Origin: Methanomassiliicoccales archaeon
Lineage (GTDB): Archaea > Thermoplasmatota > Thermoplasmata > Methanomassiliicoccales > UBA472
Length of the DNA stretch: 64,000 nt
Direction of reading: 5' to 3'
Assembly (NCBI GenBank): GCA_013415865.1
Contig: CP058896.1
Coordinates: 971,957-1,035,956, forward strand
Shown: positions 34,130 to 43,327 of the stretch, piece by piece
Layout: every line of letters begins with the position of its first letter
Numbering within the stretch: position 1 is the stretch's first letter
The notes under the pieces: generated by a model
Told to the model about the DNA's origin: nothing
Seen by the model: only the letters and a program-made list of their open reading frames with translations
The model's database searches: none
Position numbers and translations under genes: made by a program

Positions 34130-35179
34130 ATGATGGCATCGGTCAAGGAGGGAAAAGAGGTCGTCATCGACGGCTCGATGGGCGAAGGGGGCGGACAGGT
34201 CGTCAGGACCTCGGTTGCGCTTTCAGCTGTGACTGGTAAGGCCGTCCGGATCAAAAATATACGGGCAGGGAGATCGAGGCCTGGCCTTATGGCCCAGCAT
34301 TTGACCGCTATCAGGGCGGTCGGCCAGCTATGCGATGCGGAGGTGGCCGGGGACAAGGTGGGAAGCTCAGAGGTCATGTTCTCGCCCTCCTGTGTCCGGC
34401 CAGGCAGGATAGATGTCGAAGTTGGCACGGCCGGGAGCGTGAGCTTGGTCCTGCAGTCATGCATCCTTGCGCTTGCCAGGACCGACGGTGAGAGCCTTCT
34501 CATCATCAAGGGTGGGACCGATGTGAAGATGGCCCCTCCCCTGTCATATTACGATCTGGTCCTGTTCCCATTATTGAAGATGATGGGCATCGATGCTGTG
34601 ATCGAAGAGTTTAAAAGGGGCTTCTATCCCGAGGGAGGGGGGATGTGCCAGGTCAGGGTCGGCCCGAAAGGCATCGTCGGGCTGGACCTTGATGTCAGGG
34701 GCGGGTTTAAAGGCACGAAGGGTGTGGCGTACTCCCAGAACCTCCCCGAACACGTGGTCTCGAGGATGGCTTCCACGGCCAAAAGGGAGCTGGTCGACCA
34801 TCAGCCGGTGACGATCCTACAGGAACGAAGTTACGGACCGTCTACGGGGGCGGGGGTCGTCCTTTCAGCCATCTATGAGAGGACGGTCATCGGGTCCTCC
34901 TGCCTTGGGGAGAAGGGGATGAGCTCCGAGAGGGTGGCACAGATGGCATCGGAGGAGCTGAGAACGTACCTCAGGTCCATATGCACCCTTGACGTACATG
35001 CGAGCGACCAATTGCTGCCATATATGGCATTGGCGGATTCCCCTTCGGTCTTCATCGTGGACAGGGTCACATCGCACCTCGAGACCCAGATAGAGCTGGT
35101 CAGGAAATTCCTAGACATGGATGTCTCCATCGAGGGCCAAGGCCCTTTCAAGATCAGGATAACGCCTATCCGAACATGA
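34130..35179 (+). CDS. rtcA: RNA 3'-terminal phosphate cyclase
   Basis: ORF track 34067..35179, with ATG 34130 preferred. Contains GSMGEGGGQVVRTSVALSAVTGKAVRIKNIRAGRSRPGLMAQHL. Confidence 0.9.
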   Translation: MMASVKEGKEVVIDGSMGEGGGQVVRTSVALSAVTGKAVRIKNIRAGRSRPGLMAQHLTAIRAVGQLCDAEVAGDKVGSSEVMFSPSCVRPGRIDVEVGTAGSVSLVLQSCILALARTDGESLLIIKGGTDVKMAPPLSYYDLVLFPLLKMMGIDAVIEEFKRGFYPEGGGMCQVRVGPKGIVGLDLDVRGGFKGTKGVAYSQNLPEHVVSRMASTAKRELVDHQPVTILQERSYGPSTGAGVVLSAIYERTVIGSSCLGEKGMSSERVAQMASEELRTYLRSICTLDVHASDQLLPYMALADSPSVFIVDRVTSHLETQIELVRKFLDMDVSIEGQGPFKIRITPIRT

Positions 35180-35969
35180 CCTCTCTGGAGCGCTTCTTCG
35201 CCATCTCCTCTGAGTCCGTGGTCTTCTTCGCTATGTCCTTTAGGGCCTGTTCTATCATCGCTGCCTCCTCCAGCAGGGGTTTTGTGTCCAGCTGTGTGTG
35301 CAATAGTAGCTTATCGATGACCTCCACCGCTGTCGCGGCGGCCCTGGCGTCAGGATAGTCCGCGTGGGCCTCGGACAATATCGATATCACGTCGAAGTCC
35401 CTGTTCACGCCCTCGTTGAGCAGGACCCCTGCCAGACCAACGACCACGCCGTTCTCGAATATCGGGATGTTATTGGCCTGAAGAAGCTCCCTGGCCCTTG
35501 GGGTCGACGCGACGCCATAGAATGTCACTTCCGGTTCGTCCCCCTTTTTCTCGACCTTGGTCTGGGGACCGTTACCTTGATTCTCACTGGCCTTGCTCGC
35601 GATGCCTTCCGGCGAGATGACCATCCTGCACCTCTTGTCCTCCACCCAGTCCATGAGCGTCAACGCCAGTGATTTGAGGATCTCCTGTGGTGGCTCGAAC
35701 TCGGATACCACCACCACGATCTTGTCCTTCTTGTCCTGACCGATCTGGCCAGCATATATGCGGACCGGGCTGTGGGGAACACCGTCCCTGACTATCGAGA
35801 CAGAAGGCAGGTATGCTGAGTCGAGGATGGCGATCTGCTGCAGGTCCAGCAGCGTGACGATGTAATTTGCGGCGATCGAGCCTACGAGGCCGATGCTAGA
35901 GAAACCTTCGATCACGTAAGCTCCCTTGATGTTGTTCGGCCTGATCTCAATGATGTCGAAATCGTTCAT
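35166..35969 (-). CDS. PAC2-family proteasome assembly chaperone-like protein
   Basis: ORF track (267 aa). N-terminal GAYVIEGFSSIGLVGSIAANYIV and length typical of archaeal PAC2 (ATP-grasp-like) proteins. Confidence 0.65.
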   Translation of the reverse strand: MNDFDIIEIRPNNIKGAYVIEGFSSIGLVGSIAANYIVTLLDLQQIAILDSAYLPSVSIVRDGVPHSPVRIYAGQIGQDKKDKIVVVVSEFEPPQEILKSLALTLMDWVEDKRCRMVISPEGIASKASENQGNGPQTKVEKKGDEPEVTFYGVASTPRARELLQANNIPIFENGVVVGLAGVLLNEGVNRDFDVISILSEAHADYPDARAAATAVEVIDKLLLHTQLDTKPLLEEAAMIEQALKDIAKKTTDSEEMAKKRSREVMFG

Positions 35970-36053
35970 CGCCAGTGTATTGCTGAATCGGCCATATTAA
36001 TTGATTGACATTTACCGCAAAGTATTATGAGCGGACCGAGGGATGGGTGGGAC

Positions 36054-36689
36054 ATGAGGCCCAGGGTCATTGTGAACTGTGCCATGTCCGCAGATGGTAA
36101 GATAGCCAGCAAAGAAAGGAGACAGTTAAGGATATCTTCGGACGAGGACCTTGCCCGGGTCAAAGCGCTGCGCCTCGATTGCGATGCCGTCTGTGTGGGC
36201 GTAGGGACGGTCATCGCCGACGACCCTCACCTGACCGTCAAAGGCCGGCCAAGGGAGGAGCAGCCGCTCCGCATCGTGATCGACCCCAACGGTCGTACCC
36301 CTGACGGGGCCAAGGTCCTTAATGATTGGGCCGATACCCTCATCGTCACCAACATCAGATGCAGGAGGAGATGGCCAGGTGCAGAGGTGTTGAGGTCCGG
36401 GGAGGACCGTGTCAACCTCCGATCTCTCATGGCACATCTGGAGGCGAGCTGGGTCAAGAAGCTCCTGGTCGAGGGGGGCGGAGAGACGATATGGTCCTTC
36501 TTCGAGGCCGGCCTGGTGGACGAATATCATGTCTATATCGGGCCGATGGTAATAGGAGGGAGGGACGCGCCGACCCCTGTCGACGGCGCTGGTTTCACTG
36601 GCAGTTCTGCCGTAAAGCTCAGACTGACCGGCCATGATAGGATGGGAGAAGGTGTGCTGTTGAGCTTCGAGGTCGTCAAAGATGTCTAG
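36054..36689 (+). CDS. 2,5-diamino-6-ribosylamino-4(3H)-pyrimidinone 5'-phosphate reductase (RibD C-terminal-domain family)
   Basis: ORF track 36027..36689, with ATG 36054 preferred (MRPRVIVNCAMSADGKIA...). Also GVGTVIADDPHLTV and LLVEGGGET. Confidence 0.85.
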   Translation: MRPRVIVNCAMSADGKIASKERRQLRISSDEDLARVKALRLDCDAVCVGVGTVIADDPHLTVKGRPREEQPLRIVIDPNGRTPDGAKVLNDWADTLIVTNIRCRRRWPGAEVLRSGEDRVNLRSLMAHLEASWVKKLLVEGGGETIWSFFEAGLVDEYHVYIGPMVIGGRDAPTPVDGAGFTGSSAVKLRLTGHDRMGEGVLLSFEVVKDV

Positions 36690-37158
36690 GCCACGGTTCG
36701 CCGCGGATGAGATGCTCGGGAGCCTTGCAAAGTGGTTGAGGATACTTGGTTATGACACTACCTACGAGAAGGACAAGAAAGATGATGAGATCCTAAAGCT
36801 CGCGATCGAGGAGGGAAGGGTGCTTCTGACCAGGGACAAGGGGCTTGCCAGGTCTGCCGAGGATAATGCTCTCTACATTGAGAGCGATGACATCGATGAG
36901 CAGCTGAGGCAGGTCGTTTCAAGGTACCGTCTTGTGTTCAACGAGGGGTTCACGAGATGCGCTTCCTGCGGAGGGGACCTTATGAGGGTCTCGAGGGAAG
37001 AGGCCTCAAAGGAGGTGCCTGCACGCTCGCTTGCCATGACCGATGAGTTCTTCCGATGCGTATCGTGCGGGCAGTATTATTGGAAAGGCACGCATTGGAA
37101 GAGCATGACCGAGAGGATCGATTCACTTGGTATCCCTCACGAGAGGTCTTTAGAGTAG
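36682..37158 (+). CDS. Mut7-C (DUF82) PIN-like RNase domain protein with C-terminal zinc ribbon
   Basis: ORF track (158 aa). Contains RFAADEMLGSLAKWLRILGYDT, then CASCGG...CVSCGQYYWKGTHW. Confidence 0.75.
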   Translation: MSRPRFAADEMLGSLAKWLRILGYDTTYEKDKKDDEILKLAIEEGRVLLTRDKGLARSAEDNALYIESDDIDEQLRQVVSRYRLVFNEGFTRCASCGGDLMRVSREEASKEVPARSLAMTDEFFRCVSCGQYYWKGTHWKSMTERIDSLGIPHERSLE

Positions 37159-38102
37159 TAGTCTTCGCTGATGATCTTCCCCGTCCCAGCGTTCAGGACC
37201 ATCACGCCCTTTACACCTTCGACGCACCAGACTGGAAGATAATGGATGCCAAGGCTCTCTAGCACTATCTCGTCCCTTTTCGGCGACACCTTCTTACGTT
37301 CTGTGACGGTGACGTTCCCTGACTCCCTCACCACGTCCCTCTCGGCCGTGTGGCGGGCCATTATCTCGTCGAGGGCAAAGGCCTTGGACTCGTCGATGTC
37401 TATCCTCGGTTCAAGCCGCTGATGGCTCTGGTCGATGGTGAGCACGAGCTCCATGTTCTCAGGCCATTCGACCGTCTCGTTCGTCAGCGCATTGATCGCG
37501 AGCGTCCCTTCCTGCATGCCCAGCCTATGATGGTCGATATAGAGGGCGCAAGCATAGCGGAAAAGATAATGAGGCACCAGCTCGAGCCTGAAACGGAACC
37601 CCTCGACCGTTCTGGCCCCTATCTCCTTTGCGGCGTCCACGTTGACTATCGGTTTGACGATGCGCTCCCCGACCTCTAGAACATCGAACTTATCAAGGTC
37701 CTCGGCCGATACCGTTCTGGGATAGTCGTCAGCGACGAACTCATCCACCAGCCCTGCCTCCCTGTTGCCGACTATCCTCTCGATATGGACCCGACCGATC
37801 TCGTGCTCTATGGCCTCCCTGTCCCAAACAATTATACCAGAAGGGACCTTGTTCATGAAACCTTCCGGTAGACGGGAAAGCGTGGCGATGACCTTCCTTC
37901 CAGCGAGCCCTTTTGTCCTGGACACGAATTCGTCGAGCTTCCTTTCGTCAGGCATTTCCATGATAAAGAAGACCACCTCGACGTCTCCTTTCTTGCAATG
38001 GATGAGCCCGTCCCTTTCGACGACGCCGAAATCACGCGAGTGCATGATATCGTAAACCAACGCCTTCAAGGAGGACATGGAAGTTCCGGAGACCTCAATC
38101 AT
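37137..38102 (-). CDS. Hypothetical protein; N-terminal restriction-endonuclease-like (Mrr-type, possibly inactive) fold plus a repeated beta-hairpin C-terminal region
   Basis: ORF track (321 aa). The N-terminal pattern GDVEVVFFIMEM...GRKVIATLSRLPEGF...GIIVWDREAIEHEI resembles Mrr_cat but lacks the Lys. The C-terminus has two similar units: LVPHYLFRY...GTLAINALTNE and IHYLPVWCVEG...MVLNAGTGKIISE. Confidence 0.45.
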   Translation of the reverse strand: MIEVSGTSMSSLKALVYDIMHSRDFGVVERDGLIHCKKGDVEVVFFIMEMPDERKLDEFVSRTKGLAGRKVIATLSRLPEGFMNKVPSGIIVWDREAIEHEIGRVHIERIVGNREAGLVDEFVADDYPRTVSAEDLDKFDVLEVGERIVKPIVNVDAAKEIGARTVEGFRFRLELVPHYLFRYACALYIDHHRLGMQEGTLAINALTNETVEWPENMELVLTIDQSHQRLEPRIDIDESKAFALDEIMARHTAERDVVRESGNVTVTERKKVSPKRDEIVLESLGIHYLPVWCVEGVKGVMVLNAGTGKIISEDYYSKDLS

Positions 38103-38162
38103 GCTCGGATATTAAAAGGATTATCCAGCCGCTCTGAAGATGGCTTCCGGTCATCCAAGGGT

Positions 38163-39158
38163 TCATTGCTCAAGGTCCGCCCATAGGTCCCTGCCTAGAC
38201 ATGCATCGTTGCTCATCATCTCCAGGAACTCATCAGGGAACGGTTGCAGGAACCTCTGTTGCCTCAGATAGGGGATGTCGAACCTCGCGACCCAGGCCTT
38301 TATAATCCCGATAGGGACGGTCATCGGGACCTTTCCATCATTGAACTTCTTGAGGGTGTCGAGGAAGAGCGCCTTCTCCTCTGTATTGAGCTTGTCCGAC
38401 AGATAGCCGAAAGCATGGAGCAGGACGTTCGTCCCAGAACCGCATCGGGGGGGCCTTGACAATGCCGCGTAGAAATGAGGAGAATAGGCCTCTATGACCT
38501 CATCGAATCTTCTCTTCTCTCTGTTCGCCACGATGTTCCCCAGAGTTCGAAGTTCCTTATGGCTATAGCTCATGAGCAGCAGCTTGTACCTGCTATGCAT
38601 GTCAACAAGTTTTGACAATTTCCTCGACCCCTTGACATCCCGCAGCTCGGCGAAAGCGAATATCTGAGTAAGAAAGTGCTCGCCGATCCTCATGTTCAAA
38701 AGCCTGGCCTCGTCCTCGATGGCCAGATGGCCGAACTTTGCGAGCACTGCCCTGCCGAAGAACCCCCTCTCCTTGGCCGTGAGGGCGGCAACCTTCTCTC
38801 CTGGCGGGTAGACCTTGACATCCTTGATGCCACAGGAGGGGGACCTGCTCTTGAGAAGGAACCCGTCCACCTCGCCGATATGGGAAAGGTATCTGTCACA
38901 GAACTCGTTGGCCAGGTCCGTAACGTCCCTCCCCGTGGCAGGTTGCACCATCCTCAGCCCTTCCTTTTCCTTGACCACCCTTACCGGGTCCCTAGGAACG
39001 CCCAGGCCGATCTCGACCTCCATGCATACCGGGAGCATGTCACAATAAGGCATCAATCGCTTGACAATGTCGCTGTTGATCATCTCCCCGTTCCATCTGC
39101 ATCTTTCGAACTCGATGCACTTGCTGATGACCAACCTCGGTCGGCAAAAGGAAGACAT
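38163..39158 (-). CDS. DUF523 (TudS-like 2-thiouracil desulfurase family) fused to DUF1722
   Basis: ORF track (331 aa). N-terminal VISKCIEFERCRWNG...SPSCG cysteine pattern of DUF523, and a helical DUF1722-like C-terminal half. Confidence 0.6.
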   Translation of the reverse strand: MSSFCRPRLVISKCIEFERCRWNGEMINSDIVKRLMPYCDMLPVCMEVEIGLGVPRDPVRVVKEKEGLRMVQPATGRDVTDLANEFCDRYLSHIGEVDGFLLKSRSPSCGIKDVKVYPPGEKVAALTAKERGFFGRAVLAKFGHLAIEDEARLLNMRIGEHFLTQIFAFAELRDVKGSRKLSKLVDMHSRYKLLLMSYSHKELRTLGNIVANREKRRFDEVIEAYSPHFYAALSRPPRCGSGTNVLLHAFGYLSDKLNTEEKALFLDTLKKFNDGKVPMTVPIGIIKAWVARFDIPYLRQQRFLQPFPDEFLEMMSNDACLGRDLWADLEQ

Positions 39159-39241
39159 CTGCGATGCTCTCCAGGAAATAGATATATTACGACGTTCTTA
39201 GGTTGTATGCTCAAATTATAATTTCCCCTCCTGGTGACACG

Positions 39242-39658
39242 ATGAACTACCTGAGAACCGTCGGTAAGGTCATGTTCTTTTTCGGGATGGTGTGCATGGC
39301 CATAGCTCTCCTGGGAGGGGAGTTCGAGATAGGGCTCTTCATGATGTTCCTTCCTGTGCTCATAGCCAAGACGTTCCTTTCCACACTGGCGGTGCTTCTG
39401 ATATTCTTCGGTATGATGACCTGGATCTTCGGGATGCTGGATGACGCGAGGACAAGGGAGGAGGTCTCCCATCTGCTCGAGAAGGGGCTGGACGGTAGCT
39501 GTCAGAACGGCGAGGACAAGATAAAATGTGCAACATCCGGTGTCGTCCTGATAGGCCCGATATTGATCGTCTGGGACTCGGACTACAGGATGATACTTCT
39601 TGCGGTCGTGATCGTGATGGTGATGCTCTCCTCGATGCTCCTTCTATACTTCAGATGA
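39242..39658 (+). CDS. Small integral membrane protein
   Basis: ORF track 39203..39658 (TTG start). I prefer ATG 39242 with a GGTGA 5 nt upstream. Three or four hydrophobic segments. Confidence 0.55.
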   Translation: MNYLRTVGKVMFFFGMVCMAIALLGGEFEIGLFMMFLPVLIAKTFLSTLAVLLIFFGMMTWIFGMLDDARTREEVSHLLEKGLDGSCQNGEDKIKCATSGVVLIGPILIVWDSDYRMILLAVVIVMVMLSSMLLLYFR

Positions 39659-39838
39659 TCTTGCTAGTAACTTCGCGGCCTTGTCCAGCGATACATCGTC
39701 CTTTTTTGCCCTGCCTCTGACGATCCCGATCAGCCGGACATAATCATCGTAGCCCAGTCCTTCCCGTCTCATGCATCTGCCAAGGACCTGTTCGAAGACC
39801 TCGCCCTTGTCCTTGAAGGCCCTTGCCGCCTCTTTCAA
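39644..39838 (-). CDS. Small helical hypothetical protein (64 aa) immediately downstream of guaA subunit A
   Basis: ORF track. It starts 20 nt after the guaAa stop on the same strand. No recognisable motif. Confidence 0.35.
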   Translation of the reverse strand: MKEAARAFKDKGEVFEQVLGRCMRREGLGYDDYVRLIGIVRGRAKKDDVSLDKAAKLLARSSEV

Positions 39839-39858
39839 CGCCCGGACCTCGGCTTCGC

Positions 39859-40437
39859 TCAGCTCTTCTTCGCGCGCTCGACCACCCTCAGGAAGTTCTT
39901 GAAGATGTCATAACCATGCTCGGTGTTCTCGACCTCGGGATGGAACTGCAGGCCGTAGATCGGCCTGGACACGTGCCTGATTGCCTCGATCTCACAGGAG
40001 TCCGTACGGGCCAATACCTCAAATCCTGGAGGGAGGGTCTTGACCTCATCGTTGTGCGACTCCCATACGGTGAACTCCCTTGGCAGGCCGTCGAACAGGT
40101 CGCCGTCCTTCTCGACACGGAGCGTCGCCTTCCCGAACTCGGGCCTCTCCGCCGGTCCTATCGTGCCACCGAAGTGCGTGCTCATGAACTGCATGCCAGC
40201 ACATATGCCCAAGATGGGGAACGTCGCCCTGTCCAGATATTCACCGTTCCTGCCCATCCGTCCCGCCTCCGAGGCCACGCTGGGGGACCCTCCTGACAGG
40301 ATGAGCCCATCTACCTCGGCTATTTCCTCGAACGGGGTACTGTTCGGGACTATCTTGGTGTCCACCTTCAGATACTTCAGGACCCTCCATTCCCTATGCG
40401 TCCACTGGCCACCGTTGTCGATCACGTAGACCTTCAT
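39859..40437 (-). CDS. guaAA: GMP synthase, glutamine amidotransferase subunit A
   Basis: ORF track (192 aa). Class I GATase with GICAGMQ and a HPE triad region. Confidence 0.9.
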   Translation of the reverse strand: MKVYVIDNGGQWTHREWRVLKYLKVDTKIVPNSTPFEEIAEVDGLILSGGSPSVASEAGRMGRNGEYLDRATFPILGICAGMQFMSTHFGGTIGPAERPEFGKATLRVEKDGDLFDGLPREFTVWESHNDEVKTLPPGFEVLARTDSCEIEAIRHVSRPIYGLQFHPEVENTEHGYDIFKNFLRVVERAKKS

Positions 40438-40550
40438 CTGCTGACGAAAATGACCGAATTATTATTAAACCGATGGGGTGGCGTGTTCCGCCATGAACGA
40501 GAACCTTCTGAGAAAAAGGTTAAATCAAGGGCGACAATGGTCAACCTGAG

Positions 40551-41264
40551 ATGAAAGCCGTCCTCTTCGACCTGGGCCATACGCTCATCGATTATTATTA
40601 CGATTGGGAAGGGCCAGAGGACCGTTCCATAAGGAAGTTCTATGGAATGGTGATCGATGCTGGCGGGGATGCTGAGGAGATGGAGTTCACCAGGTTCGTC
40701 AAGGCCCTATTGAACGAGGGGAGGAGAAGGAGATCGGCCGAGATGGTCGAGATACCTCTCGAGAAGGTGCTGATGGCCGTGCTGGAGCATTATGAGATGG
40801 AGGATGATGACCACCTTGTCAAGCTGGGCTGCGATGCGTTCTATGGTTCCCTCATGGAGGAGAGGGAGCTGGTCCCAGGGACCATAGAGATGCTTGAGAG
40901 GGTGAAGGCCAAGGGTTACAAGGTCGGCCTGGTGTCGGACGTTGCCTGGGGCCTTCCTGTGGAGTATCCCATGCAGGACATAGAGCTCTATGGCCTGGAT
41001 GCCTACTTCGACGACCTCGTCTTCAGCACCGATGTCGGGCTCAGGAAGCCTCACCCCAGGTTGTTCAAGCTTGCGCTATATAACCTTGGCGTCAAGGCGG
41101 AGGACTCTTTCTTCATAGGCAATTCGATAAGATGCGATATCAAGGGGGCGAACGACGTTGGAATGACGTCTGTGCTCAAGGAATCGGTGCACCCGGAGCC
41201 TGTGGACGGCGTGGTTCCGAAGCACAGGATCAAGGACTGGGATGAGCTGGATGACATACTATGA
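40551..41264 (+). CDS. HAD-superfamily hydrolase
   Basis: ORF track (237 aa). Motif I is FDLGHTL. It also has a later SD(V) and a GNS..CDIKGA motif. Confidence 0.7.
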   Translation: MKAVLFDLGHTLIDYYYDWEGPEDRSIRKFYGMVIDAGGDAEEMEFTRFVKALLNEGRRRRSAEMVEIPLEKVLMAVLEHYEMEDDDHLVKLGCDAFYGSLMEERELVPGTIEMLERVKAKGYKVGLVSDVAWGLPVEYPMQDIELYGLDAYFDDLVFSTDVGLRKPHPRLFKLALYNLGVKAEDSFFIGNSIRCDIKGANDVGMTSVLKESVHPEPVDGVVPKHRIKDWDELDDIL

Positions 41265-41285
41265 CACGGCCCTGGTATTAATGGT

Positions 41286-42233
41286 TCACTCCCATTCGAT
41301 CGTCGCGGGCGGCTTGTGCGTTATGTCGTAGACCACACGATTGACGTCCGCCTTCATCTCGCTCGTTATCCTGAGCGATATCCTCTCAAGGACGTCGTGC
41401 GGGACCTTCGAATAGGCGGCGCTCATGCCATCTATCGACTCCACCGCCCTGACGGCGATCGTGCGGCCGTAGGCGCGCCTGTCCCCTTGTACCCCTACGG
41501 ACTGGCAAGGAAGAAGGACCGCGAAATATTGCCAAGGTCTCTCCATCTTTCCTTCGGCCGAGGCCTTTTCGAGCTCTTCTTCCACTATCGCGCACGCCTC
41601 ACGGACGATCTCGACCGACTCCCGCGTAGCCTCCCCTATCACCCTTATGGCCAATGCCGGGCCTGGGAAGGGCTGCCTCTCCGACACCTCGATCCCGAGG
41701 TATCTTGCAACGACGCGCACCTCGTCCTTGTAGAGGTCCCTTAACGGCTCGACTACCTTCAGATGCATGTCCTCAGGCAGCCCACCAACGTTGTGATGGC
41801 TCTTGATAGTGTCCCTGACACCGTCCCCCGACTCTATCCAATCAGGCGCTATGGTGCCCTGCACGAGATATTCAGCGTGATATGCCTTGGCCTCGCGCTC
41901 AAATACACGTATGAACTTCTCCCCGATGATCTTCCTCTTCTTCTCTGGCTCGGTCACGCCTTTCATCGCGCTGAAGAACTCGTCCGACGCGTCGACTATC
42001 TTATAATGAATGTTCAGCTTGCTGAACATCCTGTCAACATACTCTGTCTCCCCCTTCCTCATGAAGCCGTTGTTGACATATACTGTCAGCAATTTGTCGC
42101 CGATGGCCTTGGAGACCAGAACGGCCGCGACCGTGCTGTCTACCCCGCCAGAGCAGGCGATCACCGCCCTCCCCTTTATCGTGCTTTTCAGCTCTTCGAC
42201 CTTCTCGCTCACGAAAGACCCTGCGTCGAACAT
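41286..42233 (-). CDS. guaAB: GMP synthase, ATP pyrophosphatase subunit B
   Basis: ORF track (315 aa). PP-loop SGGVDSTV and the C-terminal KPPATIEWE. Confidence 0.93.
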   Translation of the reverse strand: MFDAGSFVSEKVEELKSTIKGRAVIACSGGVDSTVAAVLVSKAIGDKLLTVYVNNGFMRKGETEYVDRMFSKLNIHYKIVDASDEFFSAMKGVTEPEKKRKIIGEKFIRVFEREAKAYHAEYLVQGTIAPDWIESGDGVRDTIKSHHNVGGLPEDMHLKVVEPLRDLYKDEVRVVARYLGIEVSERQPFPGPALAIRVIGEATRESVEIVREACAIVEEELEKASAEGKMERPWQYFAVLLPCQSVGVQGDRRAYGRTIAVRAVESIDGMSAAYSKVPHDVLERISLRITSEMKADVNRVVYDITHKPPATIEWE

Positions 42234-42700
42234 CAGTTCAGCTCCTGAGAGTCCTTCTCGATCTTTTCGGCCATCTCCTTCCTATAGGCCTCGAGCTCTC
42301 CCTGCAGCCTCTTGTCCTTCAGGCTGAGGATGGAGACCGCCAGCAGCGCCGCGTTGTCCCCGCGGTCAAGACCGACGCATGCCACCGGTATGCCTGGTGG
42401 CATCTGAACGATGGATAATATGGAATCGAGGTTGACGTTCCCGCTTATGGGCACACCTATCACCGGTCTCGTCGTGAGCGAGGCGACGACCCCCGGAAGG
42501 GCGGCCGATAGGCCTGCCATAGCTATGAAGACCTCTGCATCGCTCGTTGTGACGAGCGATTTCACCCTCTCAGGGGTGCGGTGGGCGGACGCCACCTTGA
42601 TCTCGCTTGTCACTTTGAACCTGTCCAGCATGGCCTTGGCCTTTTTACCTGTCTCAGCATCGCTCTTACTTCCTAGCAGAATGAGGACTTGGGGCATCAT
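42233..42700 (-). CDS. purE: Phosphoribosylaminoimidazole carboxylase/mutase PurE
   Basis: ORF track 42233..42769, trimmed to ATG 42700 (MMPQVLILLGSKSDAE...ASAHRTPE...). The stop overlaps the guaAB start by 1 nt. Confidence 0.88.
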   Translation of the reverse strand: MMPQVLILLGSKSDAETGKKAKAMLDRFKVTSEIKVASAHRTPERVKSLVTTSDAEVFIAMAGLSAALPGVVASLTTRPVIGVPISGNVNLDSILSIVQMPPGIPVACVGLDRGDNAALLAVSILSLKDKRLQGELEAYRKEMAEKIEKDSQELN

Positions 42701-42778
42701 GTCCACTGACCGATTACAAATAAAAATATCTTTTCTTGATAAAATGAAAAAGGGATTGTGAGGGGGCATCCCCTTCGT

Positions 42779-43090
42779 TCAGCTCTTCATTATCGCCAAA
42801 AGGAACGCACCGATCGCGATCAGGGCGCCGATCACCGCGGCGATGATGTACACGAACGCGTTCCAGATCACATCACTGATGTGAACATCCTCTGGCAGTG
42901 GGATGTAGTCTCCCCCGCCCCACATCGCGCCATATACCCAGATAACGCCGACAACGAGGCCGACTACGAGCAGCACGATACCGATCATCCTGCTCTTTCC
43001 ACTTCCGAAGTAGGCGGTGAAGACGCCGGCCACGAGCATGAACAGAGCAAACGTCAGCACGAGCACTGTCAGGAACTCCCAAAGATCCAT
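42779..43090 (-). CDS. Small membrane protein (3 TM)
   Basis: ORF track (103 aa) with three clear hydrophobic helices. A TATA-like caatataaaaatg (reverse strand) lies about 30 nt upstream. Confidence 0.55.
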   Translation of the reverse strand: MDLWEFLTVLVLTFALFMLVAGVFTAYFGSGKSRMIGIVLLVVGLVVGVIWVYGAMWGGGDYIPLPEDVHISDVIWNAFVYIIAAVIGALIAIGAFLLAIMKS

Positions 43091-43327
43091 TTAGGTCACC
43101 TTTCTGTCGTTGACATGAACATTTTTATATTGATGACTTTCGGGTCCTCTCGAACAGAGTTCAGCCCAATATAGGACCGGACAACGTTCCAGTGGTCCCA
43201 CCGCCACCCGTTCACTTGCCGCCCGTTACGATTTTTTAGTTATTAAACGTTTCTACTTTGGCCGTGCATGGGTTGATTGGAAATCCATAGGTCCAGAGAT
43301 TTATTCTTCCTCATGCTTGAAAATCGC

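Noticed and set aside
39859-42769. Split GMP synthase subunits separated by an opposite-strand HAD gene as an unusual arrangement
   Set aside because: Two-subunit GMP synthase is the normal archaeal state, and unlinked or loosely linked subunit genes are common. This was not considered noteworthy.
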